Below, in pieces: positions 15,001 through 27,000 of a stretch of DNA of 64,000 nt. A model generated the notes under the pieces. That model did not search any database and was not told the DNA's origin. It was given only the letters and a program-made list of their open reading frames with translations. Where the stretch lies: the NCBI RefSeq assembly GCF_964355755.1, contig NC_092672.1, positions 14,632,001 through 14,696,000 on the forward strand. Direction: 5' to 3'. The position numbers and the translations under genes were made by a program. The stretch is from Antedon mediterranea (lineage: Eukaryota > Animalia > Echinodermata). Positions within the stretch are counted from its first letter, which is position 1; the number at the start of each line of letters is the position of its first letter.

Positions 15001-18000
15001 TCTGGATGGTAGTTGTCTATAAAGGGTAATTGCCAGGGAGTAATTGTCTGGATGGTAGTTGTCTGAAGGGTAATTGCCAGAGAGTAATTGTCTGGATGGT
15101 AGTTGTCTGAAGGGTAATTGCCAGGGAGTAATTGTCTGGATGGTAGTTGTCTGAAGGGTAATTGCCAGAGAGTAATTGTCTGGATGGTAGTTGTCTGAAG
15201 GGTAATTGCCAAGGAGTAATTGTCTGGATGGTAGTTGTCTGAAGGGTAATTGCCAGGGAGTAATTGTCTGGATGGTAGTTGTCTGAAGCGTAATTGCCAG
15301 AGGGTAATTGTCTGGATGGTAGTTGTCTGAAGGGTAATTGCCAGGGAGTAATTGTCTGGATGGTAGTTGTCTGAAGGGTAATTGCCAGAGAGTAATTGTC
15401 TGGATGGTAGTTGTCTGAAGGGTAATTGCCAGGGAGTAATTGTCTGGATGGTAGTTGTCTGAAGGGTAATTGCTAGGGAGTAATTGTCTGGATGGCAGTT
15501 GTCTGAAGGGTAATTGCCAGGGAGTAATTGTCTGGATGGCAGTTGTCTGAAGGGTAATTGCCAGGGAGTAATTGTCTGGATGGTAGTTGTCTGAAGGGTA
15601 ATTGCCAGGGAGTAATTGTCCGGATGGTAGTTGTCTGAAAGGTAATTGCCAGGGAGTAATTGTCCGGATGGTAGTTGTCTGAAGGGTAATTGCCACGAAG
15701 TAATTGTCCGGATGGTAGTTGTCTGAAGGGTAATTAATTGCCAGGGAGTAATTGTCCGGATGGTAGTTGTCTGAAGGGTAATTGCCAGAGAGTAATTGTC
15801 TGGATGGTAGTTGTCTGAAGGGTAATTGCCAGGGAGTAATTGTCCGGATGGTAATTGTCGAAGGGTAATTGCCAGAGTAATTGTCCAGATGGTAGTTGTC
15901 TGAAGGGTAATTGCCAGGGAATAATTGTCCGGATGGTAATTGTCTGAAGGGTAATTGCCAGGGAGTAATTGTCCGGATGGTAGTTGTCTGAAGGCCTACA
16001 ATTCAACGTTGTGTTCTTAATAATATCTGCGATGTTCATGGGGGTCAAAATATGAGATCTGGAGATTGAGAAGAATCGTTCCAAAAGTTTAATTGTATAT
16101 ATATAAATATTTTGTTTTATTTCAATTTGGCAACTTAAATCAAAATAGAGTATACATTTTTTTGGAAATATTACTCTGCTAAACAGACAAAGGTTGGCTA
16201 CATCTGTGATGCTCAATGCTATAAGTATGGCAACTAAATATATTATATATAATAATACCAGATTTATATAGCGCCCTTTTCATGAGTAATCATGCTCAAA
16301 GGCGCTTTACAAGCATTATTACCCCAGTATTTTTTGGGATCAAACACGTATGGAAACATACTCCCATAATGCAGCCGGTAACCAGCGCAGATGTGTCTAG
16401 ATCTAACTGGGTACCCATTTATACACCTGGGTGGAGAGAGGCAACGTAAGTAAAGTATCTTGCCTACGGATACAAGCAATGCGGCGAGAGTTGGATTCGA
16501 ACCTAGGTCTGACGATCGGTAGTCCAACGTCCAACACACTGCGCCACACGCCCTAAAGACAAAATGTAATGGTTGCTATTACCTGTTTTCTGTTTAATGT
16601 TTTACGACTCCTTCTGTATGTGTGCAGGTACGAGTCTTCAGTAAAAATAGGTTTCTCATACCGCTATATTTAAAATACAATACAAGATGTTTGATTGAAA
16701 TTTGGCTTTTTCTAACTTCTAATTTTCTTGTTTTCATAACACACAGATTTTTAAAATATTTATTATTTATTCAGGTGTTAGATGTAAACGATTTAAAACG
16801 ATACCTATAAGCCAAAATGTTTTTAGCTATCTCATGTATATATTAATGAGTAGTTAATTCAAGCTCTGTCTGCACTATCAAACTAGTTTGACGAAAAAGT
16901 GTGATAGTGTACTGGAATTGGTCCTTGTAACCTGGTACTAGGTCACATATGGTGGCTATTGACTGTAGACAGAGCTTAAGTATGAACAATATAAAACCCA
17001 ATACAATTTCATTACGTTTATAGTATTTGTAGTTTTAAACACACCATGTACAAATTTATACCTTGTTTTTGATAAATAACAGTTTGTTTCAAATAAAACA
17101 TAATCCATCTTGAACAATTTGTTTTAGTAGTTATTGTAGTGATCAAAGCCAACCTGTAAACAGGCAGGCCATATAGCACCAACTGGGACAGAAGGGCACA
17201 GTAAAAAGTAAAATAGTCATTCAAATCTATACTGAACTAACCTTTAAACAGACTAATTTACTTCGATCAAGCGTTGACAACAACAAATTGTTGTTGTTGT
17301 TACCACGTTCCAGGAGCAAGTTTTTCATTGTGTGGTAGATATACAGAAGATAATGTGTATCTTCACGAGCATATTTCTTCATTTCTTCCGGAATGGGCCT
17401 TGAGGAATTTAATAGCCAAAATTATTATTTGTCATGCTCAATAATATAAGATATATTATAAGAATATCAAAATAATAACATTGTCTAATTAGGAAACAAA
17501 GATTTGGAATTTGTTTCCATTTTTATAAACAGTAGAAGAATATTTTGTTATATTATACATTAGTTGGAATGTATTAATGACTGCTTTCTTTCTATCTATA
17601 CCTTATTCTCCAGTCAGCTAGCTGATATTCTTTTGCAGCTTCTACATCACAGTACAATTTCAATAGATGAGCTAATGAGTGTCTAGCAAGGCCCAGCACT
17701 CTGGATGCTTGCCCTGTGTCAAACATGTTCACAACATACACACCAAAGTCTCTTTGCAGCCACACAATATCCATATCAGCACCATGAAAAACCTTAAATG
17801 GAAATAATTAACTATTTCATGCTTCTTTAAATTGCCTGTGGCGCAGTGTGTTGAACGTTCGTGAGATCATGGTTAGAATCCCACTCTCACCTTATTGCTT
17901 GTATCCTTACTTTAATTACGTTTGCCTCTATCCACCCAGGTGTACAAATGGGTACCCAGTTAGATCAAGACTTGAAAAAAAAGTTAACCAAATATGCGGT

Positions 18001-21000
18001 ACGAATAAAAAGAAATCGGTGTTGAATCTAGAAACTGAAGAAACCGATCCTCTTAAAATTTGCGAACTAATAAATAACCACCTAGCGAATATATGCCAGA
18101 AGATTGAACCCCTACAAACTAATAGTCTACCAGCATACCCTCCTTGTGACTATGCACCGACACTCAACTTCTGGCAGGTGTATCATCAGCTTCAGAAAAG
18201 TCAAGTCAGTTGCCCCGGGAGATCTACCGCCTCGCGTCATCAAAGAATTTGCATTTGAAATTGCATCACCGTTAGTTGACATCTACAACGCATCACTCTC
18301 GCAAGGCATAGTCCCGCGCAAGTGGAAAGAGGCGACCATAACCCCACTTCCTAAAGTGAAAGGACCGGTTAACTTAAATCAAATCAGACCCATATCCATT
18401 ACACCAATTTTTGTACGCATGCTAGAACACTTTGTCTCGTCATGGATAAAACCCAAGATTGCGCCTAAATTAGACGAAATGCAATTTGGAAATCGCACAG
18501 GAGCGTCTACAAGTCACTATCTTACTAGCATGTTACACTATTTACTTCAAGGTCTTGATAAACCGGGACACGAAGCAACGGTTATTGCAGTTGATTTTCG
18601 TAAAGCGTTTGACCTAATAGATCATACAATCGCTGTCAAGAAGTTAATTGATATTAGAGTTCAACCTGAATTGATGCCGTGGATTTGTGATTTTCTGAGC
18701 GAATGTAAACAGAGAGTGAAACTCAATGGCGGTTTTTTAAACTGGCAAGGAATAACTTGCGGAGTTCCTCAGGGGACGAAACTGGGTCCCTTAATTTTCC
18801 AAGTAATGGTTAACAATTCGCTTAGAGACTTCCCAAATCGGTGGAAGTATGTAGATGATTTGTCAATATGTGAATTCACAACAAGAAAACCCCGCCTAAT
18901 GTTCAAGATCAATTAAACGAACTATCACAATGGACCAAAGACAATAATATGATAATTAATAGTGAAAAAAATAACTTTATGAACATTTCTTTTGCCAAAT
19001 CTCAACCCATTGTTAAATCATTTACGGTAAATAATATAAAAATAACCAATGTTGAGGTGATTACTGAATCGTTTGCTTCGTTTACTGAATAATAAAAAAA
19101 CGGCACACGCGGTAAACAGTTTGAACATTTTGCAATACATACAGTATATGTTACGTGTGTCTCTGCTGTTTTCAATTCAGAGGAATTCCCATTTTTGGAG
19201 CCTGAACAAAAGTTTTTTTTCCAGCGACAACATGCGGTAGTACAGTAGAGTACACCGATAGTAACATTTGTTCAGTGAACAGGGGAATTCCCAGTTGTGT
19301 GGCCGTCACCGCCGTGCTGCAAGGCTCTTGCTATACGTACACACTGCTATTCTTAGTATTTAGTAAAGTGTAGTAATGGTTTTGTTTTTAAATTAAAATA
19401 CAGTTTTATTTTTATTTTCATTATGTCTGATCTAAATATATTTACAATAAAAATCACAATTTTCTCACGGTCCTAGTACTGCACCGTCCTATAAGGTATT
19501 GAATAGTGTATGTATTTAATGTGAACTATCTTTATATAAAACAATTCCATTATTTGATGTTGTGTACACACAGCCCTCTACCAAGTGTCTTTATGAGCCG
19601 CACAAAAAATATAATTTTTATAATATATAAAAAATGTAATTATTTTATTTAATGATTTTTAATGAAAAGAAAAAAACAGTACACGGATATTTTTTCAGAA
19701 CTATATTTTCAGCTAATAATAATTATTAGCGCTGCCTTGTTCATCCTGCTAGCCTAGTCAACAACAAACTTCATGCGTGTATACTTCCAACAACATCACG
19801 TTATATTTAGACATTGACAGGGTGTGCCCGCTGTCTGGTCATGGTCTGGGTGAGAGCGTGCGGCTTGTTATTGAACGTATAATAGTATAAATAGTAGTAA
19901 CAGTAGAATGTAATCAAATTATGCAGGATATTTATTGTTTAAAAAAGGCTTGTATTAACGCCAAAAACGACATCCACAAGATTCTGCATAAACGAACATC
20001 TTTTAGAAGTGTTAGTGCGCTAACTGCGGTAAACTTTGTGTTCTCTACGTTACACAGAGTAATATAATTTTGACACGGCCCCTAATGTGTTTAAATAATA
20101 AGTGTTTAGAAGCATTGTGCAATAAGCGCTATATAAAAAATGATTATTATTACAGTGATTCAAGATGTATAATAAAAAAAAAAGTCAAATATCACCTAGT
20201 CCTACCTACTACTACCCTATCCAAGTCCAATCGCAAATCAGTATTTTTCAACTGACCCACCTACTTTATCACTAGTTTTTTGCTAAAGTCATGTCTTTAA
20301 TGCTGGAATAATATGTATAGGCTATGTAATATTACCAAATATTCATATGATACTTCGGAAATAGATAGGATATGGAGATACAGCACTGGGAATCTGGTGA
20401 AATAAGCAACTGGTCCTGGTATGCTATCTGGCAAATTACTAAAATGTTGTTATGGCGAGTACCAGTTTTGACACAACTGCAGCTGTTTGTTTTTGTTTTT
20501 GTATAAAATTCATTGTTTTTACATCAAAACACTTTTCAAAATCAAGTCTCTAGAATAACTAAAACTTTTTGTCTCATATTTTAATACAAATGGTGACCCT
20601 TTTAAAACGACAGGCTTCGATTTAATACCGCCTCGGCGTACAATGGCTAGTAAAAACAGATCCAGGCTAACAATAGTGTATCTTCCTTTAGGCTCGGATG
20701 GCTAGTTGGTTGTGGGAACTCAAAATTGGGACAAACGAAATTATAACAATTATTTTATTCCAGCATTAAAGACATGACTAGTGATAAAGTAGGTGGGTCA
20801 GTTGAAAAATACTGAATTGGCCTTGGATTGTGTTTTGATCGAGATTCCACGAGATGTATTGTTTTTTTATTACAATCCTACAAGGTGCATTGTTTTTTTT
20901 ATCGTGATCCAAAGACAAACATTGATTTGCCATGCGTCTATCGTAATTTGTTATAAATACCATTTTTCTCAATGAATTAAGGGGAACATACAACAGTTAC

Positions 21001-24000
21001 GCCCGATATACTTATTCAGCCAAGCTAGCTAGGCCGAAAGTCTAGAGATTAATGTTTTTTAAAAAAATGAACCACTAAGTACTACGCACCTTTGAGTTTG
21101 TACAGAGTACCTATCTATAGGCTTAGTGCAGTATTAGATAGTACTAGCAGGCCTATTGTAAATAAAACCTATGAAATACGTCAGTTAATTTAAATGCAAT
21201 AAAAATATTATACGGCCATATTGTGAATTAATAATAGTTAAATAGAGCAGTCAATATATGGTAAATGTCCTTCCTGAATGTTATGAATGGATTGAATTAG
21301 TTTGTGAAAAATTACCTTGACAATAGTAGGATCAGTGAATGATTGATTCAAAATGTGCATATCACTACGAAGCGCCAAGGTGTCCACAAGGTAGTCATGG
21401 TTACCAGTTGATAACTGCATCAAACATACAAAACCCAGATATGAGCGATACATATGAGCCTATTAAAAAAAAAATGTTATCTTATGATATACCAAATAGT
21501 TTATATTTTACATAAAAATAGTAAATACCGGTAATAACAAAATCTTGTCATTTTGTTCGAGTTAAGTTATACAAGCAAGCGCAACATGCACATCGTTAAA
21601 ATATGTGAGGTATATCATATGTTTATTAGTGCTAAATTGTGTCAAGGACAACCATAAGTAAATTAATTCATTATCCTTTATAAAAGTGGCAACAATTCCA
21701 CTCCAATAGTCATACACATAGCATAACATAACATTCTTCTTGATTGGATGCATAGCAAGACAAGAGTTCTCATAGGATCGCAATAAAAAATAAACAGACA
21801 AAAAACAATGTTCCATGCGTAGGTTAAAAAATATTATTAAACACAATTGCATAGTCAGCTTTTTATGCAAATTGCACATAATAATTAAATGCTATTTTAA
21901 TATAGATTTTTCATACGTTAATGACATAGGTTAATAACTAGTTTGCTACTGTATACATATCTAGAATATATCTGTATCGACGCATAATTATACCAATAAA
22001 TTGTCAATTGTTAATGAATTTAATAAATATTTTACCAACATTGGCCCTAATTTAGCGAAGAGTGTTCTAATTATTCTTTGTTTTTAGGTCAACCTTGTTT
22101 AAACTTGTTTTTTCTTGAACCAACAAGTCATGATGAAGTTTTAAAAATAATTTCATCTTTAGATTCGAAAAAGGGTACTGGTTCAGATAATATTCCATCA
22201 CAACTAATTTCTATTGCTGCTTCTTTTTTATATCCATTCCCCTACTTTACTTTATTTTTACACAACCAGAATAATTCCTCGAAAACATGGCAAACTATCA
22301 ATAATCTTCTTGGGAAAAACAAATCTAATCACAACCTACCTGAAAAATTAATAATTAAACACGATAATGGTAATGAAATAGTTCAGGATACTCCCGAAAA
22401 AATTGTAAATACCTTTAATCAGTATTTCACTAACATCGGTCCCAACCTTGCAGAGAAAATTGCATCTACATCAATGTATTCTGATTTTTTGACAAATGTT
22501 TCTTTTTAAACCCTACATGTTATGACGAAGTTCTTCATTTATTAAAAGGTATTGATATTAGAAAATCAGCGGGATATGATGATTTACCGGCTAAATTGAT
22601 TGTTATAGCTGCAAACGTCATTGCAATGCCGCTATCCTACATTATTAATTTATCATTTACACATAGTCGTTTCCCCACTGCTTTGAAAGTAGCAAAAGTA
22701 ATACCTCTATTTAAGAAAGGTAATACAGATAACCCCGGTAATTATCGTCCAATTTCCATTTTGCCTTTATTTAGTAAAATTTTTGAAAGAATTATCAATA
22801 ACAGACTTATTATCTTCTTTGAAAAATATAATTTGTTCTTTAAACACCAGTACGGTTTTCGTGAAAAATTATCCCTAATTAATCTAACTAATAATTTTCT
22901 TTATCAAGTTGATAATAATAAGTCTTCACTAGGTATATTTATTGATTTTTCTAAAGCCTTCGATACAATTAATCACCAAATTTTGTTATCCAAATTATAT
23001 TATTATGGTATTAGAGGGCAACCGTTACTTTTGTTTACTGATTATTTAAAAAATAGATCCCAATTTGTTTTTTCGAACGGTCAAAGCTCCGATCAGTTAT
23101 CAATTCAATGCGGTGTTCCACAAGGCTCGGTTCTTGGACCCACTCTTTTTCTAATCTATATTAATGATTTACCAAATTCTTCCAGTTTTTTTGAATATCG
23201 TTTATTTGCTGACGACACTACCTTATATCACAATTTTGCAGGCAGTAATATTGATTTGTCTATGGTAAATCATCATTTTAAAAAAATATCAAACTGGTGT
23301 GACGCTAATAAATTAACTGTTAATTTAGTTAAAACTAATTATATTATTTTTTGTAACCGATATAAAACTATTAATAAATCAAACAATATTTATTACAAAC
23401 ATGTTATGATTAAAGAAGTCAATGAAATTCAGTTTTTAGGTGTTAAATTAGATAAACACATCACATGGAAGAGCCATATAAACTTTATTAAAAATAGGAT
23501 AAAAAAGAAATCTGGAATTCTGTTTAGTTTACGCCATATTGTACCCCGTAATATTTTACTTATGCTTTATAAATCATTTATTCAATCAAATATTACTTAT
23601 GGTTTAGAAGTCTGGGGTAGCACGTATAAGTCGCATCTTTATCCTATTTTACTGGTCCAAAAAATGTGTCTTAGATGTATAACTTTCTCTGATTTTATGG
23701 CTCCATCTTCTCCATTATTTAAAGATCTGGGTATTTTAGATGTTTTTAAGTTATTCGAATTAAGTATAGTTAAGTTTGTTCATGACCAAATTAACGGCAA
23801 AACACCACATCAAACAGTGGAATACTTTTATTTAATTACACATAATGCTAGTACCAGATTTAGTAATAGATATAATTTTGCAATTCCGAAAGCTCGCACA
23901 GATGCTGGTAAATTTAGAATTTCTTTTAATGGAGCTCAACTTTGGAATAATTTACCCTTATAGTTATAAAATGTACCTCTTCTAGATTTAAATTTATAAA

Positions 24001-27000
24001 TGAAGTTAAATGTTTACTTTTACAAAAACATTAATGTTAGCCCTTGTTTACGTTATTTCTTTTATATAGTTGCTGTTTCTTTCTTATTGAATTATTGTTG
24101 ATAGATGAAAATGTATGCATTATGACTAATTTATTTTTTGTGACAGGAGTCAAACCTTGATTAGCGAAAGCTATTTTTTGGCTCCTTTTCACACACACAT
24201 ACATTTTATTGTATTGTACTATTTATGTATGATGATGTGAATAAAGTAAAGTTGAACTAACATATATTTTTAATCTTTCATTTAACACTTGTAAATTTCC
24301 TTCAGCATTAAAAATTGCAAGAGTTATTTCATTATTCAAAAAAGGTGCAAAATACAATCTTGGAAATTATAGACCCATATTTATTCTTCCAGTATTACAC
24401 AATGTTCTTAAAAAACTATATAATAAATGTTTAGCAAATTACTTTGAAACATTTAATTTATTTTACAATCATCAATATGGCTTTAGAGAAAATTATAGCA
24501 AGTTGTCACTTATTAATTAGTTAACAGTCTTCAATTTGATATTGATAAGGGAATATCTATAATTGGTATATTTATTGATTTTCGTAAAGCCTTACAATTG
24601 ATCATAACATTTTACGTTCAAAATTATTTCATGATGGTTTTAGAGACAATGCAACAAACAACCGAAAACAATTTGTTTCATTAAATCGCTTCACCTCTGA
24701 AAAATTACCTATCACTTGTGGTGTGCATCAAGGCTCGGTCCTTGGCCCTATTCTGTTTTTAATTTATATCAATGATCTTCCAAACTCTTTTAATTTTTTT
24801 GATTTTCTTTTATTTGCAAATGACACTACTTTATTTCATTCATTTGCTTACAATCTTCTTGATCTGACTGTTATTCCAATCAATTCCAGAAAGTCATAGA
24901 TTGGTGCAACGCAAACAAATTGACAATTAATCTTGATAAAACTAATTATATGATTTTCCAGTCTAAAAATAAACAAATTACTCAACAGGGCTCATTGACT
25001 GTTAATAATGAAATAATTAAAAAAAGTACTTATGATATTAATGCATAAATTAAGAAAAGGCTGGTTTGTTATTTAGGTTGAAACATGCTTTTCTTAGAAA
25101 AACTCTAATCATGCTTTATAATTAATTTATTTTATCTACTTATGGCAGTTTGTTTAGTACAGCGAACTCTTCATACACTAACTGATTATTTTTCATCTAT
25201 TGGACACTCTTATAGTACAAGATTTAACAATGATTATAATTTAGCGTTACCTCAAGCTCAGATTTCTTTAGGGAAGTTTAGGATTAGTTTTGAAGGACCA
25301 AATTTATGGAATAACATTTCAGTTGAAATTCGTAGTATTATTTATCGGAAATCATTTATAAATCATGTTAAAAAAGGTTTATGTGATGAATATATAGAAT
25401 AATGTACGTTTTATGTTTTTTTTTTCAATTCCATCTGTATTTTTTGTAATTTATATTTGTAAAGGGGGTTAAACTCGATTAGAGAAATGTATTTTTTTAA
25501 CCTTCTATTGCCATGCTGTAATTTAAAAAAAATATATATATATATATTTTTTCTGTGGCAATAAAAGTTGAATATATATATATATAATAGCTTCTACAAG
25601 ATATATGCTTTAGGGAACTAGCCTTCCAGTACAGTACCTCTAAATCCACAGCAAATTCTGATAGCCCATTGAGAACATTGTTTAACTCCTCCAATCCTTC
25701 AACAGTGTCAACCAATGTCAAAGGAGTATCTTCCAGTTTTGGAAACCCTGGCTGCTCTACCTTTAACAATTGCTCTGGCTTATATTCAAGATGTTCAATT
25801 TCAAATTCATATGGATGTGAACAACTACAAGCAAAAAAATACAATATAAAAATAAAAGTTAATTTGAGTTTATAGATTTTACTTTAGAGTTTTCAGAGAA
25901 TGTATCGCTATACTAGGCAATAAAACATCAGACTGTTGACTGACTCGTAATCTTTCGCTTGAGCTCAGTGTACTGGTGGTTGATTGCCTATAAAATGCAA
26001 TGAATGTTGATTGACTCATAATCCCTCGCTTGAGCTCAGTGTACTGGTGGTTGATTACCTATAAAATGCAATGAATGTTGAGGTATATATACAAAGTACA
26101 CTTATCCAATTATTACATTCAATAAGCACCAAAATCAACAGTATCACAAAAGAAAAATAAAGACACCTTGTCTGTTATATATTACACTTGTATACTGACT
26201 TTTTATATATTTATAATTGTTTGTTTGAGTTTTTTAACAAAATGAATGTCCTTATTGAACCACTAAAGATTCTGAATTCTGTAATGAAAAAAAAAAAGAA
26301 GTCCAATACTCATACATGTTTTCAGTTTCTGTCATTGCTTCCAAATTTCTTTTTTTATGAATGAAACTTTCAACTACTGAAGAAATATCAACATTATCTG
26401 CAAAAGGCAACCAGAATAAAACAAAAAAGTCAAAACCAATTATCAAACACGTTTTACCAATTTACATTTTTTGTTAGATCGGTATTCCAGCATGCATTAT
26501 TATTTGAGTTTCATTAGTGTCCTTTTTATATCAGCATAACCAATATTATTATTGACACAAAAAATTATATTACTGTATGTAACTTGACCACTAAAATAGT
26601 AAGTAAAACTATTTCCTGTTTTCCCCACTAGATAATTCTAATGTATACTGTATATATACACATGTTTTGAGACATGATGAATCCAATAAAATACATCATA
26701 AAACACACATCTCCACTTGTCAAAATCATTTAGAGCTTGTCAAAAACAAAAGCATTTATTATTATAATGAAGGAAATTTTGCATCCACCAAATATAGAAA
26801 ATAAAATATATACATTAAAATCCTACCTTGTGATGTGTTGAGAGGTTTTTGAGCATTTGGCTTTACTTTAATGATTGGTACAAAAGGTGTGTTCAAATTA
26901 TTAATTTTTGTCTTAAAAGAAAGTTGGGGACGCTGTATACATCTAGCCTGCATAAGATGAAAGGTCTTTGATTTGGTGTCATCAGTATTCTGTAAGAGAG

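Noticed and set aside
14919-16216. Repetitive ORFs ([11 protein letters not shown] / [10 protein letters not shown])
   Set aside because: These are frame-rotating translations of the 44-bp tandem repeat.
22596-23963. 455-aa reverse transcriptase ORF as a domesticated or novel RT gene
   Set aside because: It has no true ATG start, is frameshifted upstream, lacks the endonuclease domain and ends in a LINE-type 3' UTR, so it is an ordinary truncated retrotransposon.
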